Source: Trueperaceae bacterium (GTDB lineage: Bacteria > Deinococcota > Deinococci > Deinococcales > Trueperaceae). From it: a DNA stretch of 64,000 bases. A program made the position numbers and the translations under genes. Of this stretch, positions 40,175 to 50,109 are shown piece by piece (the stretch's first letter is position 1; every line of letters begins with the position of its first letter). The notes under the pieces are model-generated. The model was not told the origin of the DNA. It saw only the letters and a list, made by a program, of their open reading frames with translations, and ran no database searches. The DNA is taken from positions 4,032,001-4,096,000 of the forward strand of contig CBDCDZ010000004.1 of the NCBI GenBank assembly GCA_965215565.1, in the 5' to 3' direction.

Positions 40175-41077
40175 TCAGTAGGTTTCTTCGCCGTTCGCCA
40201 GCCACCTTGCACACTCCTCCCCGAGTTCTTCAACAGCGCTTTTTTCGTACGCCGCGACCTCTTCCGCCGTGAGCGTTTGCTGCCAGCGCCCGTTCGTGCC
40301 CTTGTTGATAAAGGTGCGAGCGCCGCCTTCCCAGATGGCGTCCGCGCCAGGCACCACCGTGCCCGCGTTCCGCTTCATCCAGTCGAACGAGCAGTACCCG
40401 ACGGTCTCCTCCCACCGCGTCTCGTCGATATGGACGTCCAAAAACGCCGCGATGCGCCGCATCTGCCCCGGCAGGTCGCGTTTGAGGTCGTCAAAGTGTA
40501 GGAGCATGACGTTGGGCAGCTCGCGCTGCGCCCACCAGCCGCGCACGTGCTCCCAGAAGGGCCAGAAGGGATAGCCGTCCCCCTCGAACCACTCGCGCCA
40601 GAAGAGGTGAACGTCGCCTGCGGGCGGCTCGAGGGGTGGTCCGACTCGTCCAGGTGCGCTGTTGATCGCCTCGTAGAAGGCGGGCGTAAACGCGCGGAAG
40701 TGGTTGTACAAACTCCACGCAATATCACGCCCGTCGCGCCCGACGTAGAGGTATTGCGCTTTGGGCGAGAAGACGAGGGCGTCTACGGGGAGGTGGGTCT
40801 TGAAGACCCGCCGGTGCGTCTGCGCCTCCACCTCAGGCAGCTTCACCTCTTTCGGGGGAAGGCGCAAGTCGAGCCAGGGAGATAGTTTTGTAAGCTCAAG
40901 TTCAGGGTCAGGACCGAACAGCATCTGAGCCGCGATTTGCTGCGTCCAGGTTGAGCCTGACTTGCCGTAGTTCGCCACAACAATGTCATCGTCGCGGAAC
41001 GTCAGGTCGTTCCAGATGCTCGAGTCCATATGGTGGTTATGCATCTCGCGGGTTTTTTGGGGCCAAGTTTGGTTCAT
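40175..41077 (-). CDS. PAPS-dependent sulfotransferase domain protein
   Basis: YGKSGSTW 5'-PSB loop, KTHLP, RDGRD..WS, NKGTNGRW. Confidence 0.9.
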   Translation of the reverse strand: MNQTWPQKTREMHNHHMDSSIWNDLTFRDDDIVVANYGKSGSTWTQQIAAQMLFGPDPELELTKLSPWLDLRLPPKEVKLPEVEAQTHRRVFKTHLPVDALVFSPKAQYLYVGRDGRDIAWSLYNHFRAFTPAFYEAINSAPGRVGPPLEPPAGDVHLFWREWFEGDGYPFWPFWEHVRGWWAQRELPNVMLLHFDDLKRDLPGQMRRIAAFLDVHIDETRWEETVGYCSFDWMKRNAGTVVPGADAIWEGGARTFINKGTNGRWQQTLTAEEVAAYEKSAVEELGEECARWLANGEETY

Positions 41078-41150
41078 GATTCCCTTTCCTTTATAGCTAA
41101 GAGCAGCGCGACGCCCGGAGACGTTCTGTGAGAGAGCGTCTCAACACCTC

Positions 41151-41192
41151 GTGCCCAGTATTTGGTGCCCGGCACTTAGTGCCCGGTACTCA
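41151..41192. repeat. Short tandem repeat, 3 x 14 nt
   Basis: GTGCCCAGTATTTG GTGCCCGGCACTTA GTGCCCGGTACTCA. Confidence 0.6.
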
Positions 41193-41394
41193 ATGCAACG
41201 CACAGCAGGACGAACTATATGCACAGCTCGTCGGCGGTGCGGTATTCTCCCGACGAAGGCAGTCGTCTACCGAGCTGAGACGCGAGCGCCCACCCTCGTG
41301 GAGCGTCAATCACCCTCTTCTGGCGGCGAGAAGGGTGCCCCTTGAACCCCTAGCCTCTCTAAGCTCAGCTAATCTCTACGGCACCCTCTGCACT

Positions 41395-42468
41395 TCAGTC
41401 GAGCAGTACCAGAGATTCAGGCTTTGTTACCGTCACCGCGCCCGTAGGGGCAGGGTCAACGGCTCCTTCTAGCGACAGCACATCGTCAAAGCGCAAAACA
41501 GCGTTCGTCGCCTTGTCGCCGACGTAGAGCGCCGAGCCGTCGAAGGTGAGGTCAGAGGGGTTGCCCAGCCCTGAGTTAGGTCCCGCAAGTTGCGCTTTGA
41601 CCTCAGTATCGCCTTCGGCTCCGCTCGCGTTCTCGATGACGAAGAGCTTGCCGTCCGTGCCAAAGCCAAGCTCGTCCGAGTCTTTCGCGGAACCGAAGTC
41701 CGCGACGATGAGCGTGTCTTGCTCGGGCAAGTGGATGATGCCGTGAAGGTTAGCTGAGGCTTTTTCGCCCCCTAGCGTCGGAACGATGACGCGCTCAGGA
41801 CCGCGCTCGCCCCGCCTTAATAGGTAGTCGTTGTAAACGAGAATGACGCCGTCGGTCGTCGCGACGAAGAGACGCTGCTGCGCCGGGTCAACCGCGAGGT
41901 CCCAAGGTTGGCGCGGTTCGCCTGCCGAGGTTTGCCCTAAGTCGGTGATGTTGAATAAGGGTGCTGCGTCCCCCTCCGCCTCCGTATCAAACCCCTTGAC
42001 CGTATTCGTGCCGAAATCTGCGACGCTCACGACGCCGAGCGTGCTGTCCACCACCAACCCTTTAGGCTGATCTAAACCCGTCGCTGGACCGTGAATATAA
42101 CGTACTTCAGCAGGTCCCTCCATGAAGCGCGGGATGACGAGGAGTCCACCAGGGGTGTCTTCGGTCGTGCCAACGTCGAAGCTGAGCAGCGCGGTGCCCT
42201 CCTCTTTCAAGCAAATGTACTCGAGGCTAAGCGCTTCACTCAACACGCCTTCGCCCGCTGTAAGCAACTCAGTAGCAGTTGAGAGGTCGCCTTGTAGCGC
42301 CAGCACTTCTGAGGCGGGGTCGGTCTCTAAAATTGCCAACGGCGGCTTGCTTATCGCGAGAAGTTTTGCGCTGTCCAACGCTAGAGCGTCCTGGGCTTGC
42401 GCCAAGCTAGGAGCAAGTAGAGCGAAATACAAAAGATATAGGGCGTGGCGTAAGGTCATATGAATCAT
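41395..42468 (-). CDS. Exported NHL/beta-propeller-like protein
   Basis: Signal peptide; repeats such as GLDQPKGL, PWDLAVD, GLGNPSDL. Confidence 0.7.
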   Translation of the reverse strand: MIHMTLRHALYLLYFALLAPSLAQAQDALALDSAKLLAISKPPLAILETDPASEVLALQGDLSTATELLTAGEGVLSEALSLEYICLKEEGTALLSFDVGTTEDTPGGLLVIPRFMEGPAEVRYIHGPATGLDQPKGLVVDSTLGVVSVADFGTNTVKGFDTEAEGDAAPLFNITDLGQTSAGEPRQPWDLAVDPAQQRLFVATTDGVILVYNDYLLRRGERGPERVIVPTLGGEKASANLHGIIHLPEQDTLIVADFGSAKDSDELGFGTDGKLFVIENASGAEGDTEVKAQLAGPNSGLGNPSDLTFDGSALYVGDKATNAVLRFDDVLSLEGAVDPAPTGAVTVTKPESLVLLD

Positions 42469-42787
42469 CGTTCTCCCATTTATGTCGAGGTCTAGGTGGA
42501 TACCGGGTTCGGGTTTCGAAACGAGCTTATGGCGCTCGACATGACCGAGCCCTGACCCGCATGAATATGAAATGAAATTCTTTAAGGAAATTTCAAAACA
42601 GATAGTTGGTTCGGATTTTGAAACGCAATAACTGAAAAGTCGTGTCCGCTAAACAGTTTGGATGAGCGCGTACAGGTACTGTTCCTATGTCTTGGGCTGG
42701 CTTCCGCTGGGTTTGCTCATCAGCTTAGATTCAAGGGTACAAGGACGGTGCAGAAGGTAAAAGGGGCTACCTTTAGTTCTGCTTGAC

Positions 42788-42962
42788 CTATCTTGTGGTC
42801 TGCTCAACCTTGCGCCAAGCAGCAGGGGAAAGCGCGTGGCGCTTGCGAAAAAGGTGGCTGAAGGTGCTCGGGTCGGTATAGCCCACAGCTTCACCGATAG
42901 CGCTCACAGGTTCATCGGTGTTCGCGAGTAACCTCTTAGCCTCTTGCATCCGCCGCCCAATG
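42788..42962 (-). pseudogene. AraC-family regulator C-terminal remnant truncated by MITE nest
   Basis: RMQEAKRLL..VSAIGEAVGYTDPSTFSHLFRKRHALSPAAWR; N-terminus replaced by repeats. Confidence 0.8.
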
Positions 42963-43350
42963 CAGCGCGCACATTTTGAGATGGTATCTGCGCTCATCCG
43001 TCTCAGTATGTTTTGGAAATGCTATTAAATTAGCGTTTCCACGTTTCATTGCTGTAGCAATGAAACGTGCTTGTCGGATGCGTTCACGAAGTCGCCAGTG
43101 GGAGCGAAGTGACGCGCAAGCCTTAGAAATAAATGCAGGGCAGTTGGTGCAGCGAAGCGTGGAACTGCTAAATGAGGCTTGCGCTATTCCAATTCAGTAC
43201 TTCTGTGGACTGCTTTATAGCAAGTATCATTTGGTTTGAGCCAATCTGAGAAGAGGGAACGTAGTCTAGCGCGCACGTTCGGGAATGATACTTGCGTGAT
43301 TCAAGCTCAGTGCTTATGTGAATTGCTTTATATCGTGGAACTGCTGTGTA
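42960..43350. mobile_element. Nest of at least four MITE family B-related copies
   Basis: Tail at 42960-43024; TAGCGTTTCCACG...CGTGGAACTGCTA 43031-43170 flanked by AAT; tail to 43215; full copy 43218-43328; orphan end CGTGGAACTGC near 43334-43344. Confidence 0.7.
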
Positions 43351-43429
43351 TAGTGGGATGCGTGAGCCTAGAAGGTCGGCGAATTTGAACCGAAGCTAGC
43401 CCAAGAGGTGCACCTCAAGCTCAGCTACC

Positions 43430-44089
43430 CTAGCGCCGTAATACCCAGACGTTCTCTTTCACCGGGCGCATACCCTTTAATCCCTCAGGAACGTCCAGGC
43501 TTTCTACGAGCGACGGATGATAAACACCTCTATAGCGCCGCTCAACCTCCTCTTTGCTGACCGAGAAAGGCGGACCTTCAAACAAGCGCTGGTCGAATTC
43601 GTAAGTGATCAGTAGTTGCGGTGCACTGCGTGTTATTTCCGTCAAGTGCGCTGCATACCGCTCACGTACAGGTTCAGCTAGAGCAATGAGCGCCGCCCTG
43701 TCGTAAACTGCGTCAACGGAGCCGAGCATCTCGCCGGACACGCTGAAGACGTCGCCGACAAAGATGTCCAGGTGCGCCGCGCTGTAGCGCCTCACCTCGC
43801 TCAAGTCTGACCTCTTTGGCTCGACGCCTAACTCCTGAAAAAGTTGCTCGACAGCCCCCTCGACGAGTTCAGCACCTATGACGTAGTAGCCCTGGGCGAG
43901 TAGCCAGGCGATGTCGAGCGTTTTACCGCAGAGGGGTACGAACACGCGGCTGCCCTGCAGAAGTGAAAGAGCACTAAAATGTTTGACTAGCGAGGGGTTC
44001 ACTTCGCTTTTGTGAAAGCCAATGTTGTCGTTTCGCCACCTCTCAAACCAAAGTTCTCTCTGCGTTTCAACGTTCTCGTTCTCAGTCAT
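43430..44089 (-). CDS. tpm: thiopurine S-methyltransferase
   Basis: W.ERW..IGFH, VFVPLCGKTLD, YDRAALIAL, GPPFSV; AGGAG before ATG 44089. Confidence 0.9.
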   Translation of the reverse strand: MTENENVETQRELWFERWRNDNIGFHKSEVNPSLVKHFSALSLLQGSRVFVPLCGKTLDIAWLLAQGYYVIGAELVEGAVEQLFQELGVEPKRSDLSEVRRYSAAHLDIFVGDVFSVSGEMLGSVDAVYDRAALIALAEPVRERYAAHLTEITRSAPQLLITYEFDQRLFEGPPFSVSKEEVERRYRGVYHPSLVESLDVPEGLKGMRPVKENVWVLRR

Positions 44090-44172
44090 AAGCGCTCCTA
44101 CAGGATGAGTTTGAACCAGGTCCATAGCTAAGTTGACGAACAAGCCCTTGTCGGCAGTTGGAGTACAAACCC

Positions 44173-44673
44173 TCACGGCGACACTACGCCTAGCAAATCG
44201 TCCAGGTCGAGTCGCCCTGTAACCATTGCAAAACTCCCGTCCGGCTTGCGCGGCCACACCTCTTGCGGACGGTCCCAGCATAGCTCCACCCCATTGCCGT
44301 CAGGGTCACGCAGGTACAGCGCTTCGCTGACGCCGTGGTCGCTCGCGCCGTCTAAGGGAACACCGGCGGACATCAGGCGGCGCAGCGCGTCTGAGAGCGC
44401 GGCGCGCGTCGGGTAAAGGATAGCGAGGTGGTAGAGCCCGGTCGTGCCCGCAGGAGGCGGCGATCCCCCGAGGCTCTCCCAGGTGTTCAGCCCTATGTGA
44501 TGGTGATAACCGCCCGCTGAGACGAAGGCAGCTTGTGAACCGTAGCGCAGGGTCAGTTCGAAACCGAGAACGCCGCAGTAAAAATCGAGGGCGCGCTCTA
44601 TATCTGCGACTTTAAGGTGGACGTGTCCGATGCGGGTGCCGGGGTCTATCGGACGAGTATCGTGCTTGGTCAT
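44173..44673 (-). CDS. VOC/glyoxalase family protein (CatE N-terminal-like)
   Basis: IGHVHLKV, GGYHHHIGLNTW, DHGVSEALYLRDPDGNGVEL. Confidence 0.9.
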   Translation of the reverse strand: MTKHDTRPIDPGTRIGHVHLKVADIERALDFYCGVLGFELTLRYGSQAAFVSAGGYHHHIGLNTWESLGGSPPPAGTTGLYHLAILYPTRAALSDALRRLMSAGVPLDGASDHGVSEALYLRDPDGNGVELCWDRPQEVWPRKPDGSFAMVTGRLDLDDLLGVVSP

Positions 44674-44718
44674 GGCTGCCTCCACAAAGTTTGAAGAAGG
44701 TGTTGTCGTGGCTGAGTA

Positions 44719-44764
44719 ATACAGTTCCCGGTTGATTTCTGTAGAAATCAACCGGGAACTGTAT
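44719..44764. repeat. 46-bp near-perfect palindrome (minimal family A-like element)
   Basis: ATACAGTTCCCGGTTGATTTCT-GT-AGAAATCAACCGGGAACTGTAT. Confidence 0.85.
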
Positions 44765-45901
44765 CAGTTTGAAGGCGTGTCGTCCGGCATGGGCACGTGG
44801 GGAGTTCCCACAAAACGTGATGTTGGCTGTATCTCCCCGCCGTACCAGGAGAGGGCAAGGGAGATATCGAGGTCTTTCTCTGTCCAGATTCGCGGCTCCC
44901 AATCCGGCTCGAAGATCAGGTAGCCTTCGTCGCCGTACACCTCGATACGGTTGCCGCCTGGCTCAAAGAAGTAGAGAAAAGCGCCCTGCGCGATGCCGTG
45001 CATACCGGGACCGGAGGCGATCTGGACGTCCTGCTCGCGGAGTATGTTGGCTAGGTCCGACGTGTGTTGCGAAATTCCGTAATAGAAGGCTACGTGGTGA
45101 AGGCGGCCTTTCGAATTGGTGCCGTCTCTCGCCAGCGCGACATCGTGGTTGATGTTGCTGTGGGACAACCACGCGCCCCTCTCGACTCCTTCGGTAATGA
45201 GCATCTCGCGTAGGCGGGTCCCCATAGCTTCCTGGTAGAACTCCCGAATGAGGGAAACGTCCGAGGCAAAAAGAGTGACGTGGTCGAGGCGGCGGACCGG
45301 CACGCCAGTCAAGGGACGCTTCTGCGGGCGGTTGAGGAGCGGCGAGCGCTGGTCCTCAGGGATGACGGCACGTTCCACCTCCCAGAAGAAGGTGCTGAAG
45401 ATGACCGTCGGGCGTGCGGTACGCATAGGCGGGACCGTAGCCAGCCTCGGACTCGGTCCAGCCCACCCCGCCCCCCATCTGCTCAATTTTTGCGACGCGG
45501 CGCTCGAGCGCCGCCTGCGACGTAGCACGCCAGCCCACGTGACCCAGCCCGGCCTGGTCGCTCTCGGTCAGCTTGAGCGAGTGGTGGTAGCTCTCCTCGT
45601 AGCCGCGCAGGTAAACGGACGCGCCATCACGCTCTGTTTCTTGAAGCCCCAAAAGGTCTTTGAAGAACCGAACACTCTCGTCCATCTTAGGGGTCAACAG
45701 CTCGACATGGCTTATTTGAGCTACGCCGAAGATAGGCTTCTGATTCGCCATGTCGTACTCCTCTTTTGCGTCCGTTAGAGACGCGGTAGGTTGCGTCCCT
45801 GAGCGAGCTTGAGCTAGGAAGCTGCCTCCGAGTGCCGCGCCGAGTGCCGCCCCGCCGCCCCGCTTGATCAGCTCGCGCCGGGTGATACCACGTTTACTCA
45901 T
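44764..45901 (-). pseudogene. Catechol 2,3-dioxygenase (two-domain extradiol type) with in-frame Tat-like leader; frameshift near 45390
   Basis: SHVELLTP, YLRGYE, RLDHVT, HDVA, LHHVAF, HGIAQG.FLYFFEPGGNRIE; TPDGH and FWEVE lie in different frames. Confidence 0.85.
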
Positions 45902-46144
45902 GTTGGCAGGGACATTGGCTCAGTAAGGGTGCCCTGACTAGAATTTGGTGTGCGCTACGAATAGATGTCATATCGAAACCTCCTCAGTTTCTGAAAGGTT
46001 GACCTAGATTTAGTTGACCTATCAATCTTTCTGATTCAAGGGTAAGAGGATAGTGTAGGAGGCAACAGGGGCAATCTTTAGCTCTACTTGATTTATTTTG
46101 TGGTCTTCTTATGGTTTGCTCTTTCCGCTCGTTTGCGTTGCGCC

Positions 46145-47257
46145 CTACTGACTGGGCACAAAGCGCAACGTAAGCACCTCGGAAGAGGTCGCGCCACTCG
46201 CCGCTTCTGCTCGCAGCTCGAGGCGGTTCTCCCCCGGTCTGAGCCCAGAGAGCGTAAAGGTAAAGCGGTTGCCCGAAAGCGGGGCTTCTGTGAGCGGGGC
46301 ATCTCCAAGTCGGTAGCTCAATTCGCGCACGTCTTGCCCTACCGCGCCGCGCACAATGACGCTGTCTGTAGTGAGAGTGGACCCGTCAGCGGGGCTCGAG
46401 ACTTCAATCACGCGCTCTGTAGCAGGAGCAGAGAGCGTGACGCGGCTCAGCGGGTCAGTGGGTTGCGGGCTGCCGCCGGGTGGCTCTAAGCTTAGGTAGA
46501 GCGACGCGAACCCTTGAGTAGACACACCGAAAACGCTATTTTGCGAGACCGTAAGCGAGGTGAGCTGCTCACCGCTCTGCGGGCTCCAGTCGTCGCTGGT
46601 GTGCCCCCAGGCTTGGTAGACGCGCCTATCTGGGGGCGGCTCAGCTAGGACGAAGAGCGCTTCGCCGGGGCGCAGCAGCGCCGCGCCAACCTCTTGGTCA
46701 GCGTCGTCGTAAAGGGTGGCAGTCTGCGCGTTGGGCGCACTTAAAAATTCTGTCACAAGCGCCTGCTCTGCCCGGAGTTGCTGAAGCGTAAGCTCAGCGC
46801 GGTACGCCCCAAATAGCCCACCACCCGCCAGGACCAAGCAGGCGGCGCAGGCAGCCGTGAGCCAGCGAACCGTCCGGGGCGAGGCGTAGCGAATGACGTT
46901 CGTGGGTTCAGCCTCTCTATATGGTTTTGTATCTGTCTCTACATCCGTCTTCGCATCTGTCTCTAAGTTAATGTCTTCTGTGAATGTAGGAGTGCCCAGA
47001 GGTTCCGCGTCCACTTCCTCAACAGGCGCAGAGGGGGCGGGCTTATCCCTGATTCGGTCCAAGAGGCCAGCCTTGACTTGGGGCGGAGGTTCAACCTCAG
47101 GTAGCGCGTCAACCCAACCCGTCAAAGTTGCGTCGAAGCGCCGCACCTCTTCGCGGCACGCTTCGCACGTCTCCAGGTGCGCCTCGACCGCTACCATCTC
47201 GTCAGAGTTCAAGAGCCCCAGGGCGTAGTCGGGCAGCTTCTCTTTAGGATGCGCCAT
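46145..47257 (-). CDS. Anti-sigma factor (zf-HC2 + TM + RskA-like + Ig-like C-terminus)
   Basis: YALG, HLETCEAC, TM, YQAWG, LSLEPPGGSPQPT; overlaps sigma gene. Confidence 0.85.
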   Translation of the reverse strand: MAHPKEKLPDYALGLLNSDEMVAVEAHLETCEACREEVRRFDATLTGWVDALPEVEPPPQVKAGLLDRIRDKPAPSAPVEEVDAEPLGTPTFTEDINLETDAKTDVETDTKPYREAEPTNVIRYASPRTVRWLTAACAACLVLAGGGLFGAYRAELTLQQLRAEQALVTEFLSAPNAQTATLYDDADQEVGAALLRPGEALFVLAEPPPDRRVYQAWGHTSDDWSPQSGEQLTSLTVSQNSVFGVSTQGFASLYLSLEPPGGSPQPTDPLSRVTLSAPATERVIEVSSPADGSTLTTDSVIVRGAVGQDVRELSYRLGDAPLTEAPLSGNRFTFTLSGLRPGENRLELRAEAASGATSSEVLTLRFVPSQ

Positions 47258-47804
47258 GATCCCCGTGCTCCCCACTCTCCATCGCCCCGCGCAGCTTGAG
47301 CAGGGCGCGTCTGATCTTGCTCCGGATTGTACCAAGGGGTTTTTGCTCGAGTTCTGCGAGTTCCGCGTAGCTGTAGCCCAAGAAGTAGGCGTGTTCGATG
47401 AGGTGGCGCTCTTCTGGGCTGAGCTGCGCAAGGCCGCGCTCGAGCCATAAGCGTGTAACGTCCGGTGAGGCGAGGTCCGACGCGAAGGGCAAGCTAGGGT
47501 CGTGAACGTCCCAGGCGTCCGACTTGAGCGGGCGCGACTGACGCTTGCGCAGCCGTGAATGCGCCGCGTTACGCGCCAAGGTATAGATAAACGCACGCGG
47601 TGAGCGCTCCCAGGTGTGATAAGACGTATTCACATTGAAAAGTTTGTAGAAGACCTCTTGAGAGACCTCCTCAGCCTCCTCGCGGCTACCAAGTAAGTTA
47701 AGCGCCAGGGTGTAGACCTTGGTTCCTAACCGGTCATAGAGTTCACTTAGGGCTGCTTCGTCGCCCTGTGCGGTGCGCGCGAGCAGTGCGGCTTCGGGGT
47801 CCAT
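47244..47804 (-). CDS. ECF RNA polymerase sigma factor (SigK-like)
   Basis: GDEAAL.ELYDR, AEEVSQEVF, SYAELA, PLGTIRSKIRRAL. Confidence 0.9.
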   Translation of the reverse strand: MDPEAALLARTAQGDEAALSELYDRLGTKVYTLALNLLGSREEAEEVSQEVFYKLFNVNTSYHTWERSPRAFIYTLARNAAHSRLRKRQSRPLKSDAWDVHDPSLPFASDLASPDVTRLWLERGLAQLSPEERHLIEHAYFLGYSYAELAELEQKPLGTIRSKIRRALLKLRGAMESGEHGDHGAS

Positions 47805-48396
47805 GTGCCTCGCTTTAGGTGGGGCGCTTAGAGCGGTACTGAGCCAAGAGGTCCTCAAGGGGCAGCGCCCTTTTCACGGTGGACAGCGTGTGGAGAGAAC
47901 AGCGTAAGGCGGAGTAATCTTCGTAGCATTGTAACCTCGCATTACAACCTCCGAGGCTGTCCACTATAAGAAACGCAGGTTCCAGGCTTTTGTATGCGTA
48001 GAGGTGCAGATGGTAGAGCGTGGGTTGTGTCCGGTCCTAAAGACTCGGTCTAATACCGTCTCCGGTTGAATACGAAATAAGTGGTTTGTACTTAACCCGA
48101 GATGCAAGTTGAAATCCGTACAACTCGGCACACGCTTTACCCACACCCTCAATGTTTCCTCGCCTCCAACTGCAACATCCACACTTCTAACGTTCTCGAC
48201 GGCTAAACGTCTAAACAGAGCGTCCTGCTTCGCTTCACCTAACCCTAGTGCATATACCCGGTCCTTCTCTGCGTTTCTGTAAATGAGGAGGGAAGTTTGC
48301 AGCACGCCCGAAGACTAGGGCGAGAGTCTCAGGCTGCGATTACTACTAACTAGCGAGTCATCACCCTAAAACCCCTATTCATTCAAGGAGATACAC

Positions 48397-50106
48397 ATGA
48401 AAGCACTTCATCCATCCGGACGACTCTGGCGCGTCATCGGCTTCGCCGCAGGGCTTCTACTCGCCGCGTGCTCTACGGACACGGCGACACCTGAACCCAA
48501 CGTGCAGAGGGCAGACTTCACGGTCTTTGTTCTCGCCACTAGCGAGGTCGAGGCAGATACCAACACGCTTCAAGCGACGCCTTGGACGCTCGAGCGCGGA
48601 GCCGGCGAAGACGTCCAGGGAGAGGGCCAAGCCGTCGGCGAAACCCCCCTCATTCGGGAGCGCGTCCACACCATGCAGGTAAGCGCCCAGCCGGGCGACG
48701 AGATGACCCTGAACGTCACGATGGGCGCGGGCGAAACGGTGGGCGTTGGACCCTTCAGCCTCTTTGACGGCGCTGGGCCCGCTAATGGTGAGGTGTTGAG
48801 TCAGGGCAACTTGACGGTCGTGGCGAAGCCGAATTCGCTGGCGACGGCTGCGCTAAAGATCGCAACCGTACAACCCGTTGCTTTCAGCGATATCAAGCTC
48901 TCGGGCGACGCCGAAGTGCCCCCCGTCGAGACGGACGCCTCAGGCGAAGCTGCGCTTTTGCTCATCGACAACCTCCTCTTCGCGGTCGGGCGTTTCAGAG
49001 GATTGCAAGGTGAACTGTTCGAGGTCGAAGGGAGCCCCGCTCACATCCATCAGGGCGCGGCGGACGAAAACGGCGACATCGTCTTCGACCTGGCTGCAGC
49101 TGCGAACGAGGCTGGCGACGGCTTTTTCGTCGGACTGGGCAGCCTAGAAGATGAAGAGGTCTTACGCCTCGGAGCGGGCGAGCTTTACATTAACATCCAT
49201 AGCACCTTTAGCGAGTCCGGCGAGCTGCGTGGTCAGATCACCCAAGGTGAGCAGGTTGAACAGCCAGATGAGGATGAAGCGGGAGCGCTCACGCTCAGCG
49301 TCGCGGAGAGTGACGCGTTCGGCGAATACATCACGGATAGTGAGGGTAACAGCCTCTACCTCTTCACCAACGACACGCGCGGCGCAGATGAAAGCACCTG
49401 TAACGGCGAGTGCGCCGAGACCTGGCCCGCGCTGACCTTTGACCCTGACGAAACGAGTCTCGAGGTAGCTGACGGCTTAGACGCGGACCTCTTAGGCAGC
49501 TTCGAACGTGAAGACGGCAGCGTCCAAGTTACCTACAACGGCTGGCCGCTCTACAATTTCTCGGGCGACGGTGAAACGGGCGATACCAATGGACAAGGCG
49601 TCGGTGAGGTCTGGTTCTTAGTCAACCCGGACGGCACCCGCAATATCCCCGATGATGAGTCGGATGAAGACGAGGGTGACGAAGTGGGCGTCCAGCTCGA
49701 GACCCGCGAGAAAGACCCCTTCGGCGCGTACATCACCGACAGTGAGGGCAACAGCCTCTATCTCTTTTTCAACGACGGGAAACGCTCGAGCCAAAGCAAC
49801 TGCAACAATGAGTGCGCCGAAACCTGGCCTCCTCTGACCTTAAGCGAGGGCGAGACGGTTACCGTCGCCGAAGGCAGTGGTTTGGACGCGGACCTCTTGC
49901 GCAGCTTCGAGCGTAACGACGGCAGGGTCCAGGTGACTTACAACGGCTGGCCGCTCTACCGCTTCTCGGGCGACGACGCGCCGGGCGACACAGACGGTAC
50001 GGCGGTGAACCTCTGGTTTTTAGTCACGCCGGACGGCGACGAAAATCTGCCCGACGAGGCGGGCGGTGATGTCAACGACTCAGTGGCCGAGCAGCGTGGG
50101 GACTGA
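48397..50106 (+). CDS. Lipoprotein with CHRD domain and two COG4315/Lipoprotein_15-type repeat modules
   Basis: Lipobox LAAC; LSGDAEVPP..AHIH..LYINIHS..GELRGQI; duplicated LYLF..C..ECAETWP..QVTYNGWPLY. Confidence 0.85.
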   Translation: MKALHPSGRLWRVIGFAAGLLLAACSTDTATPEPNVQRADFTVFVLATSEVEADTNTLQATPWTLERGAGEDVQGEGQAVGETPLIRERVHTMQVSAQPGDEMTLNVTMGAGETVGVGPFSLFDGAGPANGEVLSQGNLTVVAKPNSLATAALKIATVQPVAFSDIKLSGDAEVPPVETDASGEAALLLIDNLLFAVGRFRGLQGELFEVEGSPAHIHQGAADENGDIVFDLAAAANEAGDGFFVGLGSLEDEEVLRLGAGELYINIHSTFSESGELRGQITQGEQVEQPDEDEAGALTLSVAESDAFGEYITDSEGNSLYLFTNDTRGADESTCNGECAETWPALTFDPDETSLEVADGLDADLLGSFEREDGSVQVTYNGWPLYNFSGDGETGDTNGQGVGEVWFLVNPDGTRNIPDDESDEDEGDEVGVQLETREKDPFGAYITDSEGNSLYLFFNDGKRSSQSNCNNECAETWPPLTLSEGETVTVAEGSGLDADLLRSFERNDGRVQVTYNGWPLYRFSGDDAPGDTDGTAVNLWFLVTPDGDENLPDEAGGDVNDSVAEQRGD

Positions 50107-50109
50107 GCG

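Noticed and set aside
39951..40214. 87-aa ORF downstream of the sulfotransferase
   Set aside because: No recognisable motif or RBS; possibly a remnant.
47950..48330. 113-aa ORF and GAGGCTGTCC IS-end-like motif between the sigma and CHRD genes
   Set aside because: No recognisable domain or matching second end; left unannotated.
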